Positions 11,201 through 20,998 of a stretch of 63,522 bases of DNA are shown here, one piece after another. Under the pieces are notes generated by a model that did no database searches, had not been told where the DNA came from, and saw nothing but the letters and a program-made list of their open reading frames with translations. How positions within the stretch are numbered: the stretch's first letter is position 1; each line of letters opens with the position of its first letter. Origin of the DNA: a virus (lineage: Duplodnaviria > Caudoviricetes); IMG/VR virus record IMGVR_UViG_3300013132_000051, positions 1 to 63,522 of that record. One strand, given 5' to 3'. Made by a program: the position numbers and the translations under genes.

Positions 11201-13806
11201 TCATCGACACGACGATGACTGAGAACCCGGAGGACACCGATTGGTACGTCACGACGCCGTGGGGCGACTCGGCGGTCGGCGGCGGGATTCTTCGGCTCAC
11301 GAGCACCCCCGGTAACGCGAACCTCGACGCCTCCTACGGCTACGCGAAGGTAGACCCGTTCCTGAACGGACGGCGGGTCGTCGCGCTCGACGCGAAGCTC
11401 ACGGTCGCTCGGGACACGTCGGCCTCGGGTGGCGCGGCGCTTTCGATTAGCGACCCGTACCGGGAAGCTCGGCTCGGCACGCTCCTCTATCAGGACAACG
11501 GCCTCGCTGGGAAGCAACTATTCCCGCAGCCCGTCTCCTCTTTGATTGGGGCGGTGCCCTTTGCAGATCAGGGGTGGACCGCGACCGGGACGCCCTCGGC
11601 GTTCGCCAACGGCCCGGAGACGCTCCTCTCCGGCGACGATGCCGCCTCGTGGTCCATCAGGAAGAATCTCCCGTTCACGAACGGGGCGTTGAACCGGACG
11701 TTGGAGTTCCGGCTCGGAGTTTCGGCCTACTCGCTCGGTACGGGCGGCAATACGGGGTTGGTGTTCACGGCGACGGCGAACGGGAGACTCGTCGCAATCT
11801 CGTTCTCGGGTCCTGACGACATCAACTTTGTGGACTTGATTACTCCGGCGGTCCTGCTGAGCGTCCCGTTCGTTTGGAGTGACGGGGAGCCTCATACCTA
11901 CCGCCTCGACATCGACCCGACCGGAGACTCGGTCGTCCTCTATGTAGACGACGTGTTCGTGGGAGCGGTTTTGTGGTCGCTCTTCCCGGCCATCGTCGGT
12001 GCCCCGGATGCCTCGGTACGAAATCTCCCCGAATCGGGGTCGGCGTTCGCTGTATCGCTGGAGTCCTTGACGCTCTTTGAAGGGCTCGACGGCATCCCGA
12101 ACCTCGACCGGACCTTCGGCCTGTGGAAAGGCGACGACCCCGCCGACATCGACAGTTGGGAGATCCCTCGCTCGGACGGCAACGCCGTACCGAACTCAGA
12201 CCCGCTCTCGGTTATCGTGCCGATGGATTGGTCGGCGGCGGAGTGTTGGGTGAGGGTGTTCGTGGACCCGACCTTCGGCGCGGTGTTCTTGCGCCCGGAC
12301 TTGAACCCCCCGCCCGGATACGCGGGGAACTTCGCCACCCAGAGCCTCGACCCGACGGCGGCGTGGGCGAAGATTGAATACTCCCGGCTCCCGCGCTCGG
12401 AGAACACGACCCGCTTCGGCGTTACGAGCTTCGGGGCGCTGAACCCTGCGGCGTCGGTTCTCTCGTTTTGGAACGAGGTCCGGTACCGGGTCTTCACGAA
12501 CACGAGCGTTGATTACCGCGCCCCGCAACGGATGGCGCTCAATCAATGGAACGTCATCACCTCCGGGGACTACCTCAAGGACATCACCCCGGAACAGGTC
12601 ATCCTCGCGAGCTTGACCCCGACTCGGGTTTCGCTCCGACCGGGACACATCTTCGCGGATCGGGTCTTTCAAGTCATCATCGAAGGAGTGCCCGTTCCCC
12701 CGGAGGGATGGCGCTTCAATCAGGACTCGCAAGAGATCCTTCTCTTCACGGCGTTGCCCTCGGCGGGCTACCCCGTGACGGTGGTGTTCGCTCCGGCGAA
12801 GCCGATCACGACGACGTACCTTCAGACGCAACCCCTCCCAGAGAGTCAGACGATTCTCAACGAGGGGACGCCTCCGGTTCCCCTCAACCGTGTCGGTCAG
12901 GCTACCTCCTCGACTGTTTCGGGAGACGGCGGGCCGACCCCGGCGTTTCCCCCGGCGGGTCCAGGGAACCCCAACTACTTCCTGCGGGATCAGTACCTCG
13001 TCAAGAAGTTCGCCGACGACCCGGACACGCTCTACGAGCAGATGCAGTTCTTCCAGTTGGAGGACGGCGGCTCGTTCAACCAGATTTCTTCGGTATGCGA
13101 CGCGCCTGGAAACGGCGGCGGGCTCAACACCATCGGCCTCTCGGGGGCGTTGTTCTTTGAGCTACTCGGAGGCTCGACGCTCGCCTCTCGGCGACCGGGA
13201 TACTCGGGCGGCGCTCTTACGGCAGGGACGTTCCTACACGCCTCCGGAGGCGCTTCCGGGGCGCTCGGGGTACTCGGCCCCGCCGTGTACGCCGCGCCCT
13301 TTACGGGGCCGAATCCCGCGCCGACGGGCGTGTATCCGGCGATGCTTCTACCGACGTACCCCTCGGGAGGGGCGACGCCGGGGGCGGGGATGGGGGCGAT
13401 CTACCGCGAGGTCCAGATCGTCCTCCGCCTCGGCGCTTCGCCGGGATCGGTCCTCACGAACACGAGCCCAATCACCGACGTTCCTCTCATCGAGGGAACG
13501 ATCTCGGTTCCGATCTTCGGATCTCTCCCCGTAGACCAGAACTACGCCTCGGCGGGTCCCGCCCTGTTCAGCCCCTCGGTAGCGGGGAACGCGACGGGGG
13601 CCGTCTGGTCCCAGCTCCAGGACGCCGCTGCGTACACGCGGATCGGTCCCTGGGGCGGGGCGACGGCGCTGGCCCTGAACTCGCTGCTGTACGGGGCCTC
13701 GCCTCTGCAACCTACCGGCGTACCGTCCTCGGGAACCGGCTTCACTCCGAACGGCGGAAGCCCGCTACCGAACCCACCCGCTCCCGTAATCAGCGTTCTC
13801 GGATAG
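8272..13806 (+). CDS. large baseplate/tail protein with N-terminal gpI/gp7-like region
   Basis: follows the J-like gene; LVMRALKPAHT motif; HxH triplet; long beta-rich remainder; start 8272 (TTG) or 8275 (ATG). Confidence 0.7.
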   Translation: MMSDDPKSRGTSGLFAPLPAVLAGPDAQNPAPFDQEGQVDESRVRTIADQIVRVFLNSLPSNYVSQTKGPYYAQQFQAAAEELARIQVAAEDAYEDVDFDFTRSEVLWQFLATLVFPWAEETGLPDIQGDVSFRTFLKTMVALLLKGSKEVTLLQGVEALTDAEVAIVDRSLYSPLLKDRFTFDINVSNHRRTTVWDDTTASDYDHYHTVSINAAGEGKTTGTVWTGATGPDHTHDIAGFLTESVSATGLGSHTHDLLSSFPDLPVELARNVRLVMRALKPAHTLYEYTNLFRETYRQVFSDEVSRYEIDSYYYDDLRKYCTGIKEVGSSSGTVLSDRYTLNDTVSFRAVRPGAPLRVFDGSGIVLGLYQVREVLAFPFGDDPVARPYITAPSGVASTATVVAGAIIDPARDWAVDVVAGEVLTFLSGPNLGDYVLETVLGSGGGALGTATGPGTEVVPAPCFVRVAPRFPATGSVIYSIEVDRLGIRKPIQVVNEDVSSQFYSPPVGNNATVIVAKGPLVRDYGDATPATPLDVVVELNGVPQTVESLNPYTGEITLAPPGIARFLPALGDTVTVSYWWFPMPLQGMTGLNTKGLTLNKWDLRGGRTATSPTSGGLWGGFRTTRFPMGVALGRFPTRKPPVRVAHRYIAFERAYTAAINSPTTLLLNQAPGRVTVPYAEADVPSTTVQYEGTSPPTAPWVQKGALSGVSNGDFYTLKKTSGTEVGYWSRDFELPVASVIAAATRIQISSYTLDGVFTGIGLGFHDNQRLYLAGALVVNGVKHVGLLARPGSPSELSSWIVGPQVAGRVTTSTTVVCKLSEAPTVLTPGDRFQILSGNQSGVYTISQIFRDRTRDRITFVISGTFPANPALFGNRDVTLAFETLWDEAVCSWRIYANTRSQTAQVYFGGSTGAGFARLTASPVLASPAYLGPDVLPQGSGRFVWGTFSRSATSEVVWDFIRYLSTPDGGTRFSRGTVIDTTMTENPEDTDWYVTTPWGDSAVGGGILRLTSTPGNANLDASYGYAKVDPFLNGRRVVALDAKLTVARDTSASGGAALSISDPYREARLGTLLYQDNGLAGKQLFPQPVSSLIGAVPFADQGWTATGTPSAFANGPETLLSGDDAASWSIRKNLPFTNGALNRTLEFRLGVSAYSLGTGGNTGLVFTATANGRLVAISFSGPDDINFVDLITPAVLLSVPFVWSDGEPHTYRLDIDPTGDSVVLYVDDVFVGAVLWSLFPAIVGAPDASVRNLPESGSAFAVSLESLTLFEGLDGIPNLDRTFGLWKGDDPADIDSWEIPRSDGNAVPNSDPLSVIVPMDWSAAECWVRVFVDPTFGAVFLRPDLNPPPGYAGNFATQSLDPTAAWAKIEYSRLPRSENTTRFGVTSFGALNPAASVLSFWNEVRYRVFTNTSVDYRAPQRMALNQWNVITSGDYLKDITPEQVILASLTPTRVSLRPGHIFADRVFQVIIEGVPVPPEGWRFNQDSQEILLFTALPSAGYPVTVVFAPAKPITTTYLQTQPLPESQTILNEGTPPVPLNRVGQATSSTVSGDGGPTPAFPPAGPGNPNYFLRDQYLVKKFADDPDTLYEQMQFFQLEDGGSFNQISSVCDAPGNGGGLNTIGLSGALFFELLGGSTLASRRPGYSGGALTAGTFLHASGGASGALGVLGPAVYAAPFTGPNPAPTGVYPAMLLPTYPSGGATPGAGMGAIYREVQIVLRLGASPGSVLTNTSPITDVPLIEGTISVPIFGSLPVDQNYASAGPALFSPSVAGNATGAVWSQLQDAAAYTRIGPWGGATALALNSLLYGASPLQPTGVPSSGTGFTPNGGSPLPNPPAPVISVLG

Positions 13807-13852
13807 GTTCCCTATCCCTAACGCTCGGAGAGCTATTCAAGAGGGCGGACCT

Positions 13853-14497
13853 TTGATACACGACGACAACCTCGGCACTCCCCGGCAGGGACTCAAACTC
13901 AGCTCCGCTATTCGCTACGCCGACGCGCTCAGGGGCGCGAAGGGGCGGTTCCTCATCGAGATGAAGGACGCCCGGACGGGCGAGCTTCTCCATTACCAGG
14001 AGAAGGACAACATCATCACCCGCGACGGAGGCATCCTCGCGGCGATCTGTTTCGCTTCGGGGACGACCGGCGCTCCGGGAATCTCGATGCTCGCGATTGG
14101 GACGGGGGCTACGGGTCCGCTGCTCAACCCGGACGCTCCGACGAACGTCCAGCGGAGGCTCAACAACGAGATCGCTCGCAAGGCGTTCTCCTCGGTCACG
14201 TTCCGAACGGCAGCGGGCGCAGCGTCGCTCACCGGACCGACGAACATCGTCGATTTCACGACCACGTACAACGAGTCGGAAGCCGTCGGGCCGTTGAATG
14301 AGATGGGGTTGATTCGGCCCCTGAATCCGGGAGGGTCTCCCGCCGTTCCGAACCTAAACGGAGGGCTTCCGTTCCCCAGCTATGACGCGACGGTAGACGT
14401 GACGACCTGCGACGTACTCGTCAACTACCTAACCTTCGCCGTTATTTCTAAGCCGAGCACGGCGATCTTGACGATCACCTGGCGTCTGACTTTCTGA
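13853..14497 (+). CDS. tail collar/fibre-anchor-like protein (DUF3751-like)
   Basis: NIIT..G, AIGTG, L.NEIARK, EAVGPLNEMGL and terminal ISK....LTITWRLTF pattern. Confidence 0.65.
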   Translation: MIHDDNLGTPRQGLKLSSAIRYADALRGAKGRFLIEMKDARTGELLHYQEKDNIITRDGGILAAICFASGTTGAPGISMLAIGTGATGPLLNPDAPTNVQRRLNNEIARKAFSSVTFRTAAGAASLTGPTNIVDFTTTYNESEAVGPLNEMGLIRPLNPGGSPAVPNLNGGLPFPSYDATVDVTTCDVLVNYLTFAVISKPSTAILTITWRLTF

Positions 14498-14503
14498 GGA
14501 TTC

Positions 14504-17500
14504 ATGCCCTCTTTCGCCAAGCGATACTACAACTACACGGGGAATCCCACGACGGTTTCTCGGGACGTGCCTCCCGGTGAATACTCGTGGGACACCGTCG
14601 TGTACCAGAGCGGGCGTCCGGTACTGGACGCTGAGCTCAACCTAACCCAAGAAGCCGCCGAGTACGCCCGCCTTCTCCTCGGGACGAAGACGGTATCCTC
14701 GGGGTTCCTCCGGGGCCAGAGCACCCGCGACTCGCTCCAGGACTACTTCTACTTTCCGGCCCCGGTTCCGGGCGACGAGAACAAGCTCGGCGTCCGCAAG
14801 CAAATCGCCTGGGTTGCGGGGATGCCCGTCGTCGTTGAGTACACGAACACGGCGACCCCCGGCGATAACGTCATCGAGCTTCCCGTTCCGTCCCAATCAA
14901 CGGGAATCGCAGCGACCGACATCAAGCGCACGGACTTTGTGTTCTTGGAGGTCTGGCGAACGCTCGTAGCCCCGTCGCCTCGGGCTTTCTCGACGGTTAC
15001 TGTGGCGACTCCGGCGAACCCGAACGCGATTACGATTGACGTGACCGTGGTCGCGGGTGCGCCGACGGCGGTGACCCTGACGACCGGCGTAGACTTCGCG
15101 GTCGGCGGCAACAACATCATCACGGCGACGAACCTCGCCACGGCTATCAACGCCAACCCCACGCTCAGCCTCTACGTCGCCGCAGCGAACAGCGGCACGA
15201 GCACCGTTACGATCACGACCCTCGGCGGCGGTGCTATCGGGAACGGGATTATCCTATCGAGCACGAACACGGCGACGCTCTCCCCTCCGGGCGGGCTCTC
15301 GCCGGTTCTCTTTACGGGCGGCGCGGACCGACTCAATAAGCCCCTCCCCGCCGGAACGTACCAGGGCGACGTTTACCGCCACGGCAACGTCGAGAGCGAC
15401 CCGACGACCTGGCTCCCGGACGAGCTAGTAGATCCGGTTCTCAACTCCGAGTCAGCGCAGCGAGTCCAGGTCCAGTACCGGCTTCGCGTCTACGGGGCAA
15501 GCCTCCCGTCAGGAGTCAACCCCAAGACAGAGCCGGACGGGTTCTCTAACGGGAGCCTCTACGCTCAGGGCGCTCAGGGCGCTCCCGTTGCGACCTATCC
15601 GTTCGTTCCGGCAGACAACTCAACCGTCTCGGCCAACTCTGACTCGACCGCCTACGGGATCGTGGATCCGGGCCTGCAAATCGCTGGAGACGGTACTCAG
15701 GCGAGCGCCAACGCTCTCGGCACCGTAGACGGGTTCGTGTACGCGATCCCCGTGTGCTTCGTCTTTCGGCGCTCTGAGTACACAACCCCCCTCCTCGGCG
15801 GATTTTCCCCAGCCCAGGGGGCGAACGCAGGGCCTCTCTACGCTCACGTCGGGTTCAACAACACGAACATCGACGTAACCGGAGCCGCGTTCCCGATTGC
15901 GGCGGGCGCGAGCGACCGTCCGGACGGGCTGTTCGCGGACGTGATCGTCCCCTCGGACGTACTCGACCTCCGGCGGCACGTCACGCCTCCCGGATACGAC
16001 TTCGGAAGCGAACTCAAGTACCAGCTCCAAAGCCTCCTCGACAAGAAGACGGCGACCTGGCAAGTGGACGGCTCTGACTGGTCGAGCATCGGCAACGGCT
16101 CCGGGGACCAGTCTACGTTCCCATTGTTCTGCGACGAAATCGGTCGCGAGAACGCCCAGGGAGGCAATCCCGCAAACGGCTCGGGCGACACTTTCCGAGG
16201 CACGACAATCCGTAACTTCGACCACGTCTCTCGCCGCTTCGGTTCCCAGAGCGTAGTCGAACGAATCGTGTTCGAGGTCTACCCGAACGTCCCTCCTCCC
16301 ACGGGTATCACCGTCACCAAGGCGGCGGGCGTGAAATGGTACGAGGGCGACCAGGTCGCCATCGACTTCACGACGCTAAACCCCACGACGACGCCGGACT
16401 GGGTGACACCCTCTCTCGCCGTGGCGAACGTGGCGAACTTCTGGCCGACCGGGACTCTCATTACGGACGTTCTCTCGGTCTACCACGACGACGGGAACTC
16501 GACCGTCAACGTCGCCCAAGAAACCCAGGTTTCCTTCGTCTCGGGAATCGGGACGAGCGCGGTCACGCTCACCCTCGACGCCAATCCGACGACCGTAGAC
16601 GAAGGCGGTCTAGCGGTGGCCCACCCGATGGTCGGCGATGCGGGATCCGGCGACGTAGGCTCGCCCCGTCGAATCTTCATCGAGCTAGAGATCACCTACC
16701 CGACGGGCTTCGGGCTAACCCAGACCCCCGACGTTCAGGTCATTCCCGACCCCGCCTCGGGGTATCCCGGCTACATCGCCGGACCCATCGTTGAGAACAA
16801 CGTCACTCAGCGACCCGTAAATCCGACCGGGGGCATGAAGACGGACTGGATTCCCGCGCCGAAGATGCGGCCTGGGTACCGGGAAACTCGCCTCGACCAG
16901 AAAACCGCAACCGGCGCTCCGAATACGGCGGTGGTTAGCGATACGCTCGTGACCTCCTCCTCAAACATCCTCCGAACTCCGCGAAGGTTCTTTTTCGACT
17001 CGATGCTGGCGAACGGCGCGGCTCCCGCAGCGGGAACGACCTACGGAAGCTCGGAGCGACTCGTGAATCTCGCGGTTCCGACGACGGGCGGATTCCAAGA
17101 AGCCGTCGCCGTGGATTACTATCCGCAGGATCCGGTTCCGAACTGGGGCGGAGCAGGCGGCGGTTACCAGGTCGCCGTCTACTACCGGACCCAGGCCCCT
17201 CAGACAGCGGGCACCCAGGCGGGAAGTCTCCCTGCAACGCTCCTTCCGACGGAGCTAATCGTCGAGCCGGTCGCTATCTCGCCGGAAATCTGGACGGGCC
17301 AAACCGGCAAGGGCTCCCCCGACCTCGCCTACCCGTATGAGTCGCCGCTCGATCCGATTCCGGTATCGACGGGCCTCCCCGTCGTCGGTACGCCCCGCGA
17401 GTGGTACTTCTCGGCGCTCTCGGAAGTAACCGTCTCGGACTTCTCGGCGGCAACGGGCCTGTTGTCCTTGCACTCGTTCGTCCAGGTAGACGGCACGAAC

Positions 17501-17851
17501 CCCGTCCAGCTAGGGGATTCTCCGGGTCGCGGACCTGTAAAGGATCCGGAGTTCCGGGCCTACTACGACTTTGCGAACCCCGGCGGGTACAAACCCACGG
17601 CGATGGCCCAGCCTCTCTTCGGGGCGACCCGTCACAAGGCGTTCACGCCGATGCTCGTTCGCTCGACGGTAGATACTCGCTTGTTCCGTAAGGGAGAGCT
17701 TCTGCTCCTGGTGCTGTCGCAGTTCCATGAGTTGAGCGCCGACAACAAGATCACCTTCGTGGATAACCCCGCCCTACCTCCGCCTCCGACGGCCCGGACC
17801 TCGGCAGCGATCTACCGGACGCGCAACCTCCTGCTCACGGTCGGAGACTGA
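14504..17851 (+). CDS. virion baseplate/fibre protein (DUF4815/DUF6519-like N-terminus)
   Basis: VVYQSGRPVLDAELN motif at the N-terminus; DFVFLEVW; RPDGLFAD; SD GAGG upstream. Confidence 0.7.
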   Translation: MPSFAKRYYNYTGNPTTVSRDVPPGEYSWDTVVYQSGRPVLDAELNLTQEAAEYARLLLGTKTVSSGFLRGQSTRDSLQDYFYFPAPVPGDENKLGVRKQIAWVAGMPVVVEYTNTATPGDNVIELPVPSQSTGIAATDIKRTDFVFLEVWRTLVAPSPRAFSTVTVATPANPNAITIDVTVVAGAPTAVTLTTGVDFAVGGNNIITATNLATAINANPTLSLYVAAANSGTSTVTITTLGGGAIGNGIILSSTNTATLSPPGGLSPVLFTGGADRLNKPLPAGTYQGDVYRHGNVESDPTTWLPDELVDPVLNSESAQRVQVQYRLRVYGASLPSGVNPKTEPDGFSNGSLYAQGAQGAPVATYPFVPADNSTVSANSDSTAYGIVDPGLQIAGDGTQASANALGTVDGFVYAIPVCFVFRRSEYTTPLLGGFSPAQGANAGPLYAHVGFNNTNIDVTGAAFPIAAGASDRPDGLFADVIVPSDVLDLRRHVTPPGYDFGSELKYQLQSLLDKKTATWQVDGSDWSSIGNGSGDQSTFPLFCDEIGRENAQGGNPANGSGDTFRGTTIRNFDHVSRRFGSQSVVERIVFEVYPNVPPPTGITVTKAAGVKWYEGDQVAIDFTTLNPTTTPDWVTPSLAVANVANFWPTGTLITDVLSVYHDDGNSTVNVAQETQVSFVSGIGTSAVTLTLDANPTTVDEGGLAVAHPMVGDAGSGDVGSPRRIFIELEITYPTGFGLTQTPDVQVIPDPASGYPGYIAGPIVENNVTQRPVNPTGGMKTDWIPAPKMRPGYRETRLDQKTATGAPNTAVVSDTLVTSSSNILRTPRRFFFDSMLANGAAPAAGTTYGSSERLVNLAVPTTGGFQEAVAVDYYPQDPVPNWGGAGGGYQVAVYYRTQAPQTAGTQAGSLPATLLPTELIVEPVAISPEIWTGQTGKGSPDLAYPYESPLDPIPVSTGLPVVGTPREWYFSALSEVTVSDFSAATGLLSLHSFVQVDGTNPVQLGDSPGRGPVKDPEFRAYYDFANPGGYKPTAMAQPLFGATRHKAFTPMLVRSTVDTRLFRKGELLLLVLSQFHELSADNKITFVDNPALPPPPTARTSAAIYRTRNLLLTVGD

Positions 17852-17854
17852 AGA

Positions 17855-20800
17855 ATGCCCCGCTCCGTAGACCCCTCCCTCATCCTCACGGGCGTAGGCT
17901 CGGCCTCTCCCGGCTCGGTAAGCCAATCGGCCCTCGGCCCCGCTGAAGCCGGACCTGTAGCGGGCGGGCTAGAAGCCCACCTGACAGACCCCGCTGGGGC
18001 GCACCCCGCGACGGCGATCTCGATTCAAGACGTGTTTGAGCGGTATCTCTCGGGGAACGTCGAGGGCGCGCTCGGCGAGCTAGCGGCGCTCGTGCCCCCG
18101 GCTCCCGGAGTAGTAGGCTCCTCGGGTCCGCCGTGGCTCGGCTCGACCAACACCGGCATCCCGGATTGGGGCGTGCTGAAGCTGTGGGACGGGGCGCTCA
18201 ACCTTCTGGGTTGGGTCAACGACCCGGAAGAAATCTACCCGTACTATTGGCGCGCACCTGTCTCGCTAAACGGCGACGGCGTAGACCCCTCGACTGATCC
18301 GACGTTCAACGTCGTGGACGGGGCGAACACATACACGGGCGGCGGGGCGGGGCTCGCCCACGCGGCCTTCGCCACGGTGTCTATGGGGGGCGGTGCGGCG
18401 AGCGCGTACCCGTCATGGCGCACTCTTCCGGCGCTCCCGGCTTCGACGGTTCCCGATGTAGGATTCGTCGTCTCGGGAATCGTGTCTCCAGCAGACCGTG
18501 GCGTGCTCGCCCTTGTGCGTTGGCCCGCTGGAACGACCTCTCCTTGGGGCGCAGCGGCGAATGTCACCGACATCCAGGATCGTTGCATCGCAGCGATCAA
18601 GCTCGGCCTCGGCCTCGCAGACGGCGGTGGGGGTTGCGACGGCGACCCCGGCGGTATCTTCACGGAAGGCTCGCCCACCCCGTATGACTTCCCCGGACGG
18701 GCGGCGGGTCAATGGGAGCTAGACGAGCTTCATACGGGATCGGCCCGCGTTCCCGGCACGACGGCCCCCGCGTCCCCTGATCCCACGGCGGGTCAGGTCC
18801 GGCTCTTGACGGATCCGGCAGCGGTATCCTTCTCTCCGGGAACGGTGGCCGGGGGTATGCCGATCTTCGGGGCGACGAGCGCCGCGACGGGCGGCGGCAC
18901 CAACGGCAACTTCTTCGCTTACCGGCTCCCGTACCTCAAGGACTACTCAGTAGCTACGGGAATCATCTACACGCCCGTTGTAGATAAGCCTCGCTATCTA
19001 AGTCGCATCGCTCCTGCGTCTGGCACTCCGGTCGCGCAAGCGGGCGACTACGATGACTTCACGACGGACTTTTGGGCCATCCAAATCGCCCGCTACCGGC
19101 ACCGGCACTCCCTCGGTACAGCGACCGTCGCGTTTCGGCGCGATGACTCATTCGCCCTCGTCCACTTCCGGCGAGAAACCTACTTTGAGGAGTTCATCCG
19201 GGACGGGATCATCCCCACGGCGGACAAGCTCTACTCGGTGAGCCTCGTGGATTGGGCGCTCGGCTTTACCGTCGCTGACACCCGCAACCTGACCAACGTG
19301 TACCCGGCGGCTCCCCCGGCGACCTCGACAGCCTACTCGGTCAACGCCTCTGAGATTACCGAAGACCCGACCGGAACCACAGTCCCGGCTCTCGCTGTCG
19401 GTCCCTCCAACACATTCACGTTCGCGGGAACGTCCACGATCTTCACGTCGGGCGTGGAATACTACGTCCCGCGTAATCCGGGTACGGGCGCGGCGGCGGC
19501 GCAAGTCACGGCGCTCGACGTGGGCATCGACAACGTGTTCCTGTCGAGCTACCGGACGCACGACACGCCCCCTGCACCCCTCTCGCTTCCAAATGCACTC
19601 AAGAACGCCGTCAACCAAAACCCCGTGTTCTTGTCGTTGTCACCGTTCTCTTATGAGGGCACCGAGCTACCTGACACGGACACGATCTCATTGACGGGTA
19701 CGGCTCCGAATCAACTATTTCCGGGTTTCCTCGGTCTCACGAAGCGGCAACGCATCGAGTTTGGTTTCTCGGACCTGACGAGCGGCGCGCTCAACCCCGC
19801 AACTGGGGCCGTGGCGGGGATCTCCTTGGGAGCCGGAGGGACTATCTCCTTCGACGGCGATAAGGAAATCCCGGCGTTCACCACCGACGCGAAGGTCCGG
19901 GCATTCGTGCGTCGGCCTCTCGTAGTAGACGGCACGACCGGCTATCCGCTTCCGGCATCCCCCCTTACGGGTTTCGACATCTTGAACTCCGCCGCAGGCA
20001 CGCCGAAGATTCTCTATCATTCGATGCTGGAAACTACCCTCGTCTCCCCTGAATACGGCAACGCGGCGAATACAAGCAACGCTGTCTACACCACGACGAA
20101 GGACCGCGAGGAGCGGTTCCTCGATGAGGTGTATCGGTATCCGCAGGATTGGGCCTCGTCGGGTGGGCTTCCAGCACCGACGCTCGCGAACCTAGTGGGT
20201 CCCGGCTTGCCCTCTGGATTGGGAGCAATCGACCTACCCGTGCGTCCTGCCGTGGGGTTCTGGGACGGGTACTACTTGTTGGGACGGAACGCGACCAGCC
20301 TCGACGCGGTGTCCCCTCCGGCTCCTTCAGCGATGCGACAGGAGCTTCAAGTCGCGGGTCTCCCGGAACGCAACCCTCCGTACACGGACGGGGTCGTATC
20401 CCCGTTCCCGTCGCGAGGCATCCTACTATTCCCGCAGGATGATTACTCGTCGGGCTATGACCCCATCGGTCCCGACTACAGCGCGGTGACTTCCCCGTTG
20501 GGGTATCGGGCGTACATCCGGGCGTTCAACGCTGGAGCGGCGAACGTCGGCAACACCTCCATCATCATTCGGGTGTGGGGAGTTGAGCTATCTGATTTCG
20601 CGTTCGCGGCGGGTCCGGGTCCGTTCGGTGGCGGTGACCTAGCCATCGCTATCAAGGTGCCCGGACTGACGACGTTTATGAACGCCGGTCGCGTAGACGG
20701 GGCGGGTCCGTCGAAGCAAGACCCTGCTATCGACGGCGCGGGATGCAGGGTCATCGGCCCCAACACCTTCGATGCGGTCGATCCGGGGAGCCAAATCACC

Positions 20801-20998
20801 TACTCACAGGTCGAGATCAACCTCGGCCCCCTCGCGCCCCTGTTCGTGAACACCAACGGCGATTGTCCGGTTCTCATCGGCGTCGTCCTACAAGACACGG
20901 CGGGGGCGCGGACCAACTACAACTGGAAGAACGTCCTCCCCACGACAGCGACGGCGGGTTGCCGAGGCATCGTCGGCCTTGATATGGTAATCCCGTGA
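17855..20998 (+). CDS. virion structural (fibre-associated) protein
   Basis: HLTDPAGAHPATAIS...NVEGALGEL motif seen in phage fibre proteins; G/P/T-rich; same operon. Confidence 0.65.
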   Translation: MPRSVDPSLILTGVGSASPGSVSQSALGPAEAGPVAGGLEAHLTDPAGAHPATAISIQDVFERYLSGNVEGALGELAALVPPAPGVVGSSGPPWLGSTNTGIPDWGVLKLWDGALNLLGWVNDPEEIYPYYWRAPVSLNGDGVDPSTDPTFNVVDGANTYTGGGAGLAHAAFATVSMGGGAASAYPSWRTLPALPASTVPDVGFVVSGIVSPADRGVLALVRWPAGTTSPWGAAANVTDIQDRCIAAIKLGLGLADGGGGCDGDPGGIFTEGSPTPYDFPGRAAGQWELDELHTGSARVPGTTAPASPDPTAGQVRLLTDPAAVSFSPGTVAGGMPIFGATSAATGGGTNGNFFAYRLPYLKDYSVATGIIYTPVVDKPRYLSRIAPASGTPVAQAGDYDDFTTDFWAIQIARYRHRHSLGTATVAFRRDDSFALVHFRRETYFEEFIRDGIIPTADKLYSVSLVDWALGFTVADTRNLTNVYPAAPPATSTAYSVNASEITEDPTGTTVPALAVGPSNTFTFAGTSTIFTSGVEYYVPRNPGTGAAAAQVTALDVGIDNVFLSSYRTHDTPPAPLSLPNALKNAVNQNPVFLSLSPFSYEGTELPDTDTISLTGTAPNQLFPGFLGLTKRQRIEFGFSDLTSGALNPATGAVAGISLGAGGTISFDGDKEIPAFTTDAKVRAFVRRPLVVDGTTGYPLPASPLTGFDILNSAAGTPKILYHSMLETTLVSPEYGNAANTSNAVYTTTKDREERFLDEVYRYPQDWASSGGLPAPTLANLVGPGLPSGLGAIDLPVRPAVGFWDGYYLLGRNATSLDAVSPPAPSAMRQELQVAGLPERNPPYTDGVVSPFPSRGILLFPQDDYSSGYDPIGPDYSAVTSPLGYRAYIRAFNAGAANVGNTSIIIRVWGVELSDFAFAAGPGPFGGGDLAIAIKVPGLTTFMNAGRVDGAGPSKQDPAIDGAGCRVIGPNTFDAVDPGSQITYSQVEINLGPLAPLFVNTNGDCPVLIGVVLQDTAGARTNYNWKNVLPTTATAGCRGIVGLDMVIP

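Noticed and set aside
2780-20998. Bacterial eCIS/tailocin or T6SS locus
   Set aside because: The flanks are dense small phage-type genes, a tRNA, a ligase and early cassettes with no host genes, so a phage genome is more parsimonious.
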